The notes beneath the pieces are model-generated. The model worked only from the letters and a program-made list of their open reading frames with translations. It searched no databases and had not been told where the DNA came from. Shown one piece after another: positions 1 through 10,730 of a DNA stretch of 15,702 bases (positions are counted from its first letter, which is position 1; each line of letters starts with the position of its first letter). The translations under genes and the position numbers were made by a program. The stretch lies in contig MCFH01000214.1 of assembly GCA_002104945.1 (NCBI GenBank), positions 1 through 15,702 of the forward strand. The letters run 5' to 3'. The stretch comes from Piromyces finnis finn (Eukaryota; Fungi; Neocallimastigomycota).

Positions 1-1304
1 AGTTTATAAAAAATAATAAAGAAGAAAATAAATATTATACACTAAATAAATATTAGAATAAATATTAATAGTAATAATTTTTATTTAATAATTTTATATT
101 ATATCTTATTTCTTTCTTTTATTATTTTTTATAAAACTTTATTTAGTTATTAACTCAACTCTTATAGAGGGTAATACCTAACTTAATTTAACTTTTATAA
201 TAACTTATTATATATATAATAAAATCTTTTACATTTATTTATATAATAATTATTACTATATATTTATTAATAATTATTATCTACAATATAATGTGAAGAT
301 ATTAACCGGATTTATAACAAATTCAGATAATGTCTATAATGAATTAAACATAAAAGTTATAATTAAATAATTTCAATAATTATTTTAAAATACTTTTAAA
401 GTCACCTTTTGATATTTGATTCAGTAAAGGGTTATGACTTCAAAATTTAATGTTAATACACTATAACCCTTAACCAAAAACAAACAAACAAACAAACAAC
501 ACTTTTAATTTTATATTATATTATTATATATCACATGTAATACTTTATTGCTATTCTTATCAATTTAATAATCTTAACAAAGGATATAATACAGAATGAA
601 TTGAATTCGATTCTTATCTTTGTAAAGATTATAGATATAATCTTAAGTATATAGTATTAAATATATTATTATTATTAAAAAATAAATAAAATTTATAAAA
701 AGTTACTTTAAAACAATATTAATTTTTCTTATTGGGGAGTTTTAAGTGCTATATTATTATTAAATTAAATTTCTTAAAAACATTTGCTATAATTAATAAC
801 ATTCGACCTGACCGCCGCATAACCAAACCCAAACTTAGCATATAATATGCCATGAATAATATGGATTCATGATTATTATTTAAATAATGTAACGTTTATT
901 TTTAATTAATTAGGAATATTTATTATAAAACAGTATTAAATATATTTAAGAGATATTATTATTTATAATATTAAAATTTTATATTATTAATGCTTGATTA
1001 ATACCCCTTTGTCCATTGATTATGAAGGAAATTAAAATTAAATTATAAACAATCATTCCTTCTGAAATGATTATATATGACTTTAAAATTATTAAATATA
1101 ACTCGAATTTAATAGTCATATATAATTATATATAATTAATAATATTAATTTATAGAATAGTTAATTAATATAAACAATTAATCATGTATTAAATATTAAA
1201 TATATTCTTTTAATATTAAAGATAGTATAACATCAAGAAAATTCCTATCATTAGGAATTCGAGAGTTATTAATCTAAATATTTAACCTAATAATAATAAT
1301 AATT

Positions 1305-1402
1305 AAAATAAAATTTTTTCTTTAAATAAATTTTTTCTTTAAATAAAATTTTTCTTTAAATAAAATTTTTCTTTAAAAAATTTTTTCTTTAAATAAATTT
1401 TT
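1305..1402. repeat. 17-bp AT-rich minisatellite, about 5.5 copies (unit AAATAAATTTTTTCTTT)
   Basis: The single C of each unit recurs at 1320, 1337, 1354, 1371 and 1387 (period 17,17,17,16). Confidence 0.9.
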
Positions 1403-2289
1403 ATTAATAAAAAGTTAATTAATAAATTAATAATAAATTAATAATACATTAATATTATTTAAAATTTATTTATTCATTCATTCATTTATTTAATTAATTA
1501 ACATCTAGGTTCTTTCTTTTTATTTTATTTAGTAATCATATTGAAATTGCTATTATTAACTTTCTTTATTAGAATATATTATTTTATAATTCCTATTTGC
1601 TTTGTCCTAAAATAAATAAATTATTTTGTGGTGCTTTATGAAAATATTGTATCAATATTTCTAGTTATTTCTTATAATAATTTAAAGAAATTACAACTAC
1701 AATATAATTAATTATCAATATTGTGTAATTAACAATATATTATAATAGTTTGATAAATTAGAATAAAGAAATAAAAATTAATAAAGACTTATCGAGTTAT
1801 TATAAAGATTTATAAATAAACAACAAAATACCAAGAGTTAAACTGAGTTTGAGATTATTAATTATTTTATTAGAAAAGTTTTTTGTTTATTATTTTAAAG
1901 AAGATGAAAAATGTATTTGTGTTATTTATTATAATTTATTCTTTTATAATATAACCTTGGAATTTCAAGAGGTTCTATTTATATTTTATTAAAAAAATAA
2001 GGTTAATTAAAGTGTGCTCTAGTCTCAACAAATAAAATGCTTAGGAAAAAATTAGAAAAAAACCTAAACATGATTTTCGATCATATTCTAATCATATTGA
2101 TCATCGTGTAATTAAGTAAACCGAATGCTTCCTTAATATGCAATCAGAAAAAACCTTAAAATACCGATTTTTATTTATCTATATATAAGAATTAAAATAT
2201 AATTAATATGTAATTACTAATTCGTTAAAATGATAAATATAAGGAATATTAATTATAAAAATTAAATTTATAAAATAATAATATGTAAA

Positions 2290-3224
2290 TGTAAAAGTAT
2301 AAAATTTAAAACAGATTTTATACTTAAAACAAAACAATTTTTATAAACACAAAAATAAAAAAAAATAAAACATTAAATTTTTATTTAAAAAAAAAAAAAA
2401 AAGCATTTATTTAAAACTCTAATAAATATTATTAACTATATAATAGTTAATAATTAAAAATTAAAATAACAATTACATTGATTTAACAAACAAAAACTAT
2501 ATGTATATATATTTTTTCATAATTAATTTCTATATATTAGTCTATTTAAATAAAAAATATATTTAATATAAAATAAACAAAACTAACCTAATTAAATAAT
2601 AGAATAATAAAGCTAAACTAAAACTAACTCATTACTTTAATTCAATTTGAGTAAACTCAAAATTGAAAAAGCCCATGTATTATTTATAAATTAATTTAAT
2701 ATATTAATACTATTAATACTATTCATAATATATTTCATATTGAAATATAAATAAATCTATTTTAAAACTAATTATAATTATTAATTATTATAATTTAAAT
2801 AAAAAGTATTTTGATTATTTAAATATTTATCTTAATTTAAATTTAATTAAAATCTTTTATTCCTTAAATTTAAATATTTTATCTTAATTTAAATTTAATT
2901 AAATTCTTTATTCCTTAAATTTAAATTTTATCTTAATTTAAATTTAATTAAATTCTTTTATTCCTTAAATTTAATATTTTATCTAATTTAAATTTAATTA
3001 AAATTCTTTATTCCTTAATTTAAATATTTATCTTAATCTAATTTAATTAAAATTCTTTATTCCTTAAATTTAAATATTTATCTTAATTTAAATTTAACGG
3101 AATTATTAAATTTCATAAAATTTATTCCAAAACTTTATAATTAGTTTTACTAACTATTAATTTATCATTTCATAATTAATTATTAATTATTAAATATTCT
3201 AAAGATATATATTGTATCTTTACA
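2290..3224 (+). mobile_element. Solo LTR 'A' (935 bp) with 5-bp TSD GTAAA
   Basis: Starts TGTAAAAG and ends TATCTTTACA. GTAAA is present at 2285-2289 and 3225-3229. It shares the boxes TTTAAAACAGATT, AACAATTACATTG, AAAATAAACAAAACTAA, TTCAATTTGAGTAAACT and CCATGTATTA, in the same order, with 6126-6851 and 10731-11440. Strand is arbitrary; the transcriptional sense is unknown. Confidence 0.88.
2818..3097. repeat. About 51-bp tandem repeat, about 5.5 copies, inside LTR A
   Basis: Unit TTTAAATATTTATCTTAATTTAAATTTAATTAAATTCTTTTATTCCTTAAA starts near 2818, 2869, 2920, 2969, 3018 and 3069. Copies differ mostly by homopolymer indels. Confidence 0.9.
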
Positions 3225-3308
3225 GTAAATAAATAATTCGTATTAATTAAATGTATATAAAGACTAATAATTAAATAAATTTACGATGCTAATTAAATAT
3301 ATAAAAAT

Positions 3309-3395
3309 ATAATAAATAAATAAATAAATAAATTAAAAGTATAATAAATAAATAAATAAATAAATTAAAAGTATAATAATAAATAAATAAATAAA
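3309..3395. repeat. Compound (TAAA)n microsatellite with a 32-bp higher-order duplication
   Basis: AATTAAAAGTATAAT occurs at 3331 and 3363, embedded in TAAA runs. Confidence 0.8.
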
Positions 3396-3617
3396 TTTCA
3401 TATTTAAAAAATTGCGTATATGAAAATAATGTTTTAAATGAATTATTATTAAATACTAAGAAATAGCAATTATTCAATTAGAATAATTATTATTTCTTAC
3501 AATGCTTGTGTCAGAACTCCTTTAATATCAAACTAAAGGAAACTAAGATAACACTAAAATAGAGTTTATTATAAAATATAATAAAGAAAATACTTATATA
3601 TAATTTAGACACTTAGA

Positions 3618-5105
3618 TGTAAAGGGTTAAAAAATGATTTTAAGAAATTTTTATTTTGTTATAGTTTTTATTCGTTATATTTCTTTATAAAATTTTTATA
3701 ATAGTAACTCTTATTTTTCTAGAGTGAAAATAAGAGCCTTTTATCCTTTTGTTTTATTTATTTATTTGTTTGTTTGTTTGCTTGTTTGTTAATATTAAAT
3801 TATAGAATTTTAATTTATTAAATTGATTAATAACTTGTTATTCTATAACTTTTTATTGGATTCTAGTGTAGTTGGTGTTTTTTTTTTTTTTTAGGAAAAA
3901 AGACTAGAAGAAAACCATGAAGATTATTTGTTGAATTAAATAATTAAAAAACCAATTTGGTTTTGGAAAATATTATTAACTTATTTTTTAATATTAGTGA
4001 CTTAATTAATTTATATATATTAAAACTAATCTAAATATTTCTTTTGATAATTTTTATTTATTATAATTTTAATTGAGCATTGTTGAATGAATTAAATGAA
4101 ATTCTATATTATTTAAACTTTATTTAATTTAATTATAGTCTAGAATTATAATTAAACCTAAATTTTATTTTATTAAATCTAAATTTTATTTATTAAATCT
4201 AAATTTTATTTTATTAAATCTAAATTTTATTTTATTAAATCTAAATTTATTTTATTAAATCTAAATTTATTTTATTAAATCTAAATTTTATTTTATTAAA
4301 TCTAAATTTATTTTATTAAATCTAAATTTTATTTTATTAAATCTAAATTTTATTTTATTAAATCTAAATTTTATTTTATTAAATCTAAACTTTATTTTAT
4401 TAAACCTAAAATAAATTTAGTAATCGTAATATATTGAAAAATTGTAGTTTATTGAACTTTTAGTTTAATTTATCAAGTTAATGAATTTTTATTAATTAAA
4501 TTATAAATAATATTTCTGTAAAATAGTATAATTCTTCAGTTAAATATATTTAAGTAAACTTTTAATATATGTTAATTAATTCAATAATATGTATAATTAT
4601 TTATTATAATAGTAATGCAATTGTATTATTCATTTAAAATTAATTTAAATAAGAAAATTAATGTAAATAATTAAATGCTATTCTTTAATTAACACTACTT
4701 AAATTTCCACAAAAAAAATAAAAGAGTGTGTATTATAAGAGCTAGAAATATATATTGTTTTCTTTTTTTATCTTCATAATTTATATTCTAATATCCTAAT
4801 AAAACAAACTTATTAATAAAACAATTTTTTCTCATTTTATTTTAATATTATTTTTGAGTATTAATAAGTTTATTAATATTTTATAAACAAATTAATTTCC
4901 TCGAATCGTAACATGCTGATACATAGAAGATATTGTCTTAATTCTATAATTAAATATAGAAAGTGACAATACTTGTATCTAAATATATTATATTTATTAA
5001 ATAAAATAAAATAAAGAAAATAAGAATAAATGATATTTATACTTGTTCATTTGCAAGTGTTAGCTTTATAGTATAAAATTTACTTTATATAATTATAAAA
5101 TTACA
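3618..5105 (-). mobile_element. Candidate highly diverged LTR of the same clan in reverse orientation ('F')
   Basis: Termini are TGTAAAG at 3618 and TTACA at 5105. The minus-strand start TGTAATTTTATAATT...ATTTTATAC resembles the starts of LTRs A and B. 4426-4467 resembles the reversed hairpin/CATGTATTAC box. No TSD was found (TTAGA vs ATTAT), so support is weak. Confidence 0.25.
4151..4410. repeat. 20-21-bp minisatellite, about 12.5 copies (unit ATTAAATCTAAATTTTATTTT)
   Basis: There are 13 CTAAA cores from 4158 to 4406. The first and last carry the variant AAACCTAAA. Confidence 0.95.
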
Positions 5106-5124
5106 ATTATCATTTAATAACTCT

Positions 5125-5760
5125 AGTATTCTTCGAAGTTCTCAATACTCATAAAGTCGAAGGTAAGACCAAATCCCAATCTTTCTCCTTACTTCCCAGT
5201 AGTCTAAGTAGTTTACCTATCTCCCTATTTCTATTTTCTGTTAGTCCGTTCGATTCTGGATGATACGTTACAATAAATTTAATGTATACGTCATACATAT
5301 CCAGAAAGATTTTGGTATAATCTGCTGTAAGCCGAACCCCATTATCAGTTGTAACTACTGAAGGAATCCCATGCCTGGAAAATACCCTAGTCAGGAAGTA
5401 GACTACATCTCTTGCTGTAACTGTCGTTAAAGGTTCAGCCTCTACCCATTTTGTAAAATAATCTACACTTACAATAATATACTGGTTATTTCTACTTGTA
5501 ATAGTAATAGGGAGTGGACCAATAATGTCTAATCCTAAATGAGTGAAAGGAGCCTCTACTAGAGTGGCATATTTCTCTGTAGGGTCTGGCACTTCATTTT
5601 TCTTATTTAACTGGCAGGTTTGACATGGTTTGACATGGTTTGACATCCTTTAATAATTCTCTTTATGTCATTATTCCCCTCCAGTAATAATTCTTCTTAA
5701 TACTTTCATAATCCTTTTCAAAGCCCTCATGTCCTATTGAGTGAGCTTTCCATATTATTT
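5125..5760 (-). pseudogene. Integrase relic (HHCC zinc-binding domain plus rve DD35E core), C-terminus missing
   Basis: AHSIGHEG at 5726-5746, then YYWRG and GCQTCQ (disrupted by a 10-bp triplication). Core motifs are HLGLDIIGPLP, VDYFTKWVEA, TDNG and YHPESNGLTE, with exactly 35 residues between D (5344-5346) and E (5236-5238). Similarity continues past the TGA at 5149 as VLRTSKNT and then stops. Confidence 0.95.
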
Positions 5761-7343
5761 TAAATTTTTCTTCTGGTAAACTAATTATTTTCTGTAATAG
5801 TCTTTATCCTTAAAATATTTTTTTCCATTTAATTTAACTATATTTTCCTCAACAAAAGACTTCGTAAGGTCAACCATATTCTCATTTTCATTAGCTACCG
5901 GACTATTAACACCTTCCTGAATTCCCTTATTTATTGAGTTTATTTTAAAATTCTTCTCTAAGTAACTATTCATCTTATTGTTGAATATATTATCCATATA
6001 ATTTAAATATTGGTATAATGTTGGTACAATTGTTTCTTATTTTTACATAAATTCATAGATTTATGTATTTCATGTTTAGATTCAGATTTTGTATTACATT
6101 GTAATATATTGTTTTCTATATGTATTGTAAAATTTTAAAATTTAAAACAGATTATAAAATTTTTTACAATAAAACAAAAACACTAAATAAAATAAAAAAT
6201 TAAAAACAAAACAAAATTTATTTATATCCTCTTTTATTTATTCTTATTTAGTTATTAACTAAACTATAGTCAATAACAATACATCGTTTAACTATGAAAT
6301 TTTACATGTATTTATATTTTTACAAATTATATTTTAATATACTATTCTATTTAATTATACATATATTCAATATAAAATAAACAAAACTAATTTAATACTA
6401 ATTTAATTAAATAATAAAATAATAAAATAATAAAACTAAACTAAAACTAATTAAATACACTTTTGATTCAATTTGAGTAAACTACAAATTGAATACAGTC
6501 CATGTATTACCTATATATTAATTAAATATTAATAATACTATTTATTATATATTTACTATTAAAAAATACTAATTTAAAACTACGCTAAAGTTATTAAACT
6601 ATTTTTAATTAAATAAGAACTTTTTAAGATTTAATTTGAATATTTAAAATATTTAAATTTAATTATCCATTAATTTAATATTTATCCAAATTTCATTTCC
6701 AATTTTGATATTTTAAAATTAATATTTATTTAATTATTCCTTAAAATTTATATAATAAATTTTATAAATAATTTTTCATTAAAATATCAAATTATTATTT
6801 AATAATTATTAATTAATTATTAAATAATTTAAGATATATTATATCTTTACATGTATCAATTGATTTATCATATATTTTAATATATCTACTTTCCATTTAA
6901 TTTAATTAAAAATTTTTTTATTTTATTTTGATTTAATCGATATATATTGGAACCAATTTTTATATTGTCTAATATATTATCAATGTATTTAGATATATCA
7001 TCTAATATATGTATCAATTCACTAATATATATATTGATCATACATATAATAAATTTAAATTGAAATCTTTCTCCAATTTCACATTTTTGATTTTCCAAAT
7101 TTTCAAATTTCAAATTTTTTATATACCCTCCAATTTCCCTCAATTTTTCCAAATTGAGTAAATTTTTAAATTTATGATTAATATCAATTAATTAAATTTT
7201 TGATTTTGCTATTAAAATGTTTGTCTCAACAAGCATTAAAGTCTATATTCTTCTTCTTCTTCTTAAACTTTATTTGATTGACTTTTATTGAATTGTCCTT
7301 TATTTCCTGTCCCTGTTTTTTTTTTTTCTTCGATTATTTTAAT
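5761..7343 (-). pseudogene. Long RNase H-integrase spacer of pol, split by solo LTR B
   Basis: Includes ORF fragments 5785-5997 and 6886-7152. Removing 6126-6851 plus one TSD gives an open frame IKWKVDILKYMINQLIH|IENNILQCNTKSESKHEIH. No domain is recognised. Confidence 0.7.
6126..6851 (+). mobile_element. Solo LTR 'B' (726 bp) with 5-bp TSD TGTAT
   Basis: Starts TGTAAAAT and ends ATATCTTTACA. TGTAT is present at 6121-6125 and 6852-6856. It is collinear and highly similar to 10731-11440. Confidence 0.93.
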
Positions 7344-7407
7344 CCTAGATAAGGCATCCGCTAGAGAGTTTTCTTTCCCTTGCTGATATTTAATTTTTAT
7401 TCTCAGC
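7344..7407 (-). pseudogene. C-terminal end of RNase H, separated from the rest by solo LTR D
   Basis: Translates LRIKIKYQQGKENSLADALSR, the canonical Ty3/gypsy RNase H terminus. Confidence 0.92.
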
Positions 7408-8169
7408 TGTAATATAAACATGGAAAGAATAAATTAAGATATCTGTTCTATTACAATAACACTAAATTGAAAATAAAAATAGAAATTTGTTTTATAAAAA
7501 TATCTTTTATTATAATAGAATTTTTAATAACAATTACATCGATAAAATGATAAAAAATATCTTCTATTTATATTTTTCCTAAATACATTTATATTATATT
7601 ATATTATATTATATTATATTATATTATATTATATTATATTATATTATATTATATTATATTATATTATATTATATTATATTATATTATATTATATTATATT
7701 ATATTATATTATTATATTATATTATATTATATTATATTATATTATATTATAATTATTTATTTCTTATATATTATTATTTAAAATCTACACCTAAAATCTT
7801 AATTATTAATAAATATTTAAACTATAACTATTTTTAGTAAAATACAATTGGCAATTCAAATTAAGTACTATTCAATTTGAATATGTGCCCATGTATTATT
7901 GATATGTTAATCATTTAATAATTATATACTATATATCTATTTCTATTACAAAACAATACTAAAACTAGGGGTTTAAATTGAGAATTTTAATTTATTTGAT
8001 AAACATTAAAACTAAATTAATAATTTATTTTGTTTTAGACTTAAATTATTGATAAATAAGTTATGTTCCATTTTCTTTTTCTGTAATATAATTCGTGTAA
8101 CTTAAACAGTAATATTTATGGCTTAAATTACATTAAAGATATCAATCTGTGGCGTTTGATATCTTTACA
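7408..8169 (+). mobile_element. Solo LTR 'D' (762 bp) with 5-bp TSD TCAGC
   Basis: Starts TGTAATAT and ends GATATCTTTACA. TCAGC is present at 7403-7407 and 8170-8174. It shares AACAATTACATCG and CCCATGTATTA with A/B/C but is otherwise diverged. It interrupts RNase H. Confidence 0.92.
7591..7750. repeat. (ATATT)n microsatellite, about 32 copies, inside LTR D
   Basis: Perfect ATATT run at 7591-7710, one phase shift at 7711, continuing to 7750. Confidence 0.97.
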
Positions 8170-8710
8170 TCAGCATACTTATGAGGATGAGGATGTATCA
8201 CCTTGTGTGCCTCATACTGTTTGGTTCTTTGTTGTCAAACAGACCTACTAATGGTTTGTGGTCTGCATATAAAAGAGTTTCATATTTATTCCCAGATATG
8301 TAGTACTTAAACTCCTTTGCACAATAGTATACTGCAGTTCCTTCTAGATCAGTAATACTATAATTTCTTTCTGCCTTCGTTAGAGTTCTACTGACAAAGT
8401 GTATCGGATGTTCTAAATTGTCTTTTTCACCCACTTGTAGTAGCACACCTCCAATACCGTCTAAGCAAGCGTCTGTCCTAATAATAAATTGTTTATTATA
8501 ATCTGGATATCTCAAAATTGGTGCACTAATAATTGCATCCTTTAATACATTAAAACTATTTTGTTGATCTTTCTCCCAAATATATGGCTCGTCCTTTCTT
8601 AACAATTTGTTTAATGGAGCAGCCAGTTTAGTATAATCTTTAATAAATTTTCTGTAATATCCTACAGTACCTAGAAAGGATCTGAGTTCACTAATATTTT
8701 CTGGTTTTGT
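8170..8710 (-). pseudogene. RT connection and RNase H relic
   Basis: ELRSFLGTVGYYRKFI, PLNKLLRK, FIIRTDACLDGIGGVL, IHFVSRTLTKAERNYSITDLE, ADHKPL and RHTR*(W). The acidic catalytic residues are retained. Confidence 0.95.
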
Positions 8711-9580
8711 TCAATTTTTTATTGCTTCAATTCTTGATTTCATTGTTTTTAACCCATCCTTAGAAACCACATGTCCTAGCACCTCCACCTCCTCCTTAAA
8801 GAAGCAATATTTCTCAATGTTGATTTTAACTTTATGTTTCCTAAAAGTGGATAGGACTTGTGTAATATATTTAATATGATTTTCTTCATTTTTAGAGAAA
8901 ATTAGAACATCATTCATGAAAACAAAAGTACAATTTCCCAGAAGATCAAAGAGAATTCGATTCATTTTTCTTTGAAAAGCTGCAGGAGCACCAGTTAGAC
9001 CAAAGGGTATTACCTTATATACAAAGTTACCAAACTTTGTAGTAAAACTAGTTAAATCTCTACTTCCTTCATCCATAAGAATTTAATGGTAACCAGAGAA
9101 CAAGTCCAGCGTAGAGAATACCTTTGCGCCATGGAGACTATGAAAAATCTCATCAATATTTGGAATTGAATATGAGTCAGGAACTGTCATACCATTTAAT
9201 TTTCTATAATCACAACACAAGCGCCATTTACCATTATTCTTTGAGACTAAAACAATAAGAGATGACCAAGAAGACTTCGAAGGTTTAATTAGTCCTTTAT
9301 TTAAGAGTTTTGATAACTCTTCCTTGAGAATATCTGACTTAGCCTTATTCAGACCATAAAAACGACTCTTGAACGGAACGGAACCAGGCTTTAATTCGAT
9401 GTGGTGCAGGTTTAATTTAGATGGAGTTAATTCTTCTGTAGATGTAGCTACCACATCAATATATTCACTAAGAAGGTTAGTAACATTCTTTCTATAAGCT
9501 GGGTCTAAACCAGACAAAAAATTCAGGATTCCTAATATACCTAATATAATCATATGGAGACAAGGACTTCGCACCAACAT
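8711..9580 (-). pseudogene. Reverse transcriptase relic
   Basis: KWRLCCDYRKLN, FSTLDLFSGYH*(Q), PFGLTGAPAAFQ and FMNDVLIFS. The xxDD motif has a D to N change at 8912-8914. VLGHVVS follows. The two ORFs are in frame across the TAA at 9083-9085. Confidence 0.96.
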
Positions 9581-9627
9581 TCATATTTGGTGTAACCATA
9601 TCATTATCGGAAATCTCTTCTTCCCAA

Positions 9628-10730
9628 TTAAGAGAAAAAACAATTCTTGGTTGGACCTATATATTTAACAAAACAAGTGATAATAGGCAATTCTTGATTC
9701 TCGAGTAATGGAGAAATATTCTCGAAGTTATTGATGTCTTTAAACCTACATGACGATTTGGTAAAAGGATGAATTAAAAAAACATTATCAGTAGTAGACT
9801 TCAAACCTAGAAGAACATCAAAATATGTAGCTTTATGTTTAACAACACAAAAATCAGCTGCAAATTCATAATTATTTATTTTAACGCATAAACGGACTAC
9901 AATAGCATCAGCAATAGTACTATCATCTAGAGTCTCGGATATACGACCTCTACAGAAGCCAACTAGTTTATACTGTCCTGGGAGACTATTTAAGTAACTG
10001 TATGTTACCAAATCCAAATTGTTTCCTGAATCAATTAATAATTTCCCATTTACACCATCCACAGAACAGGCTACAACACCAAGGTCGTCTTCTCTAAAAT
10101 TATTAGGAATCTTGTGTGTATTGTTCATATTATAAAGAAATGATCCTTTATCTTTATCAATGGAACCAATAAATTGAACTTTGTCTAATTTTAAATTTTT
10201 AAATAGTTCATTTCTTAATTTTGGACATATGTCCAAAACTTGTCCAAAACTTGTCCAAAACTTGTCCAAATGTAATATTACATTTAGTATTTATCAAATC
10301 TTTACTGATATCATGTGGTTCCATATTATTAACTTTTGCTAACACCGTATGTCTGGTGTTATAATTTGACACTTCTTCCTGTTTTACAACATTTGGTATG
10401 TCTGCCATATTCTTACAATTTATGTTATCACGTGAATTGCCTTGTGACAAAATTTTCTTTTCAAATTTCAAATATATTACTTTCCATGTATGGAACATAA
10501 TTATTTTGATTACTTTCCAAATTAGGAGTAGTACTACTTTCCTTAATTTTACTATTTCCTAATTTATTATGTTCTGTACTAATATCTATTTCCTTTTTGG
10601 ATGTTTTAAACTTACTCTTACTATTATTCTTTATATTTGATACTTCATAAATATAGTTTTTAATATCTTCTTTATTAAAATTTTTATGATCTACACCATT
10701 ACTATTATTTTTAATATCGCTATCACTATT
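9628..10730 (-). pseudogene. Late gag/pre-protease region and retropepsin-like aspartic protease relic
   Basis: HDISKDLINTKCNITFGQVLD...ICPKLRNEL precedes LLIDSGNNLDLV (DSG at 10024-10032) and FDVLLGL. It is frameshifted by the 11-bp repeat at 10230-10270. Confidence 0.9.

Noticed and set aside
139-233. Sixth LTR end (CTTTTACA at 226-233, plus an 18-bp match TTTATTTAGTTATTAACT to C)
   Set aside because: The two matches imply different orientations or spacing and the intervening sequence does not align. This is insufficient in such AT-rich DNA.
541-590. Missing 3' LTR of the host element (AATACTTTATTG shared with about 12839)
   Set aside because: Only about 12 bp match and the flanking sequence does not align with 12785-12840.
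292-840. TG...CA segment flanked by TATAA/TATAA as another solo LTR
   Set aside because: The TSD is low-complexity and likely by chance, the right end does not resemble the clan termini, and the conserved boxes are not found.
1240-1259. Perfect 8-bp hairpin AATTCCTA-TCAT-TAGGAATT (also AAGGGTTAT/ATAACCCTT at 428-471)
   Set aside because: These are single, AT-rich, unrepeated stems with no context, and are expected by chance at this composition.
3289-3477. 62-aa ORF rich in FIYL
   Set aside because: It is a translation of the (TAAA)n repeat, with no coding signal.
4151-4410. CRISPR-like or iteron array
   Set aside because: The units are contiguous with no unique spacers, the context is eukaryotic, and there are no cas or rep genes.
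5149-9085. Alternative genetic code (TGA=Trp, TAA=Gln) explaining in-frame stops at conserved W and Q
   Set aside because: At least seven other Trp use TGG and Gln uses CAA. The element also has frameshifts, insertions and a mutated RT active site, so decay is sufficient.
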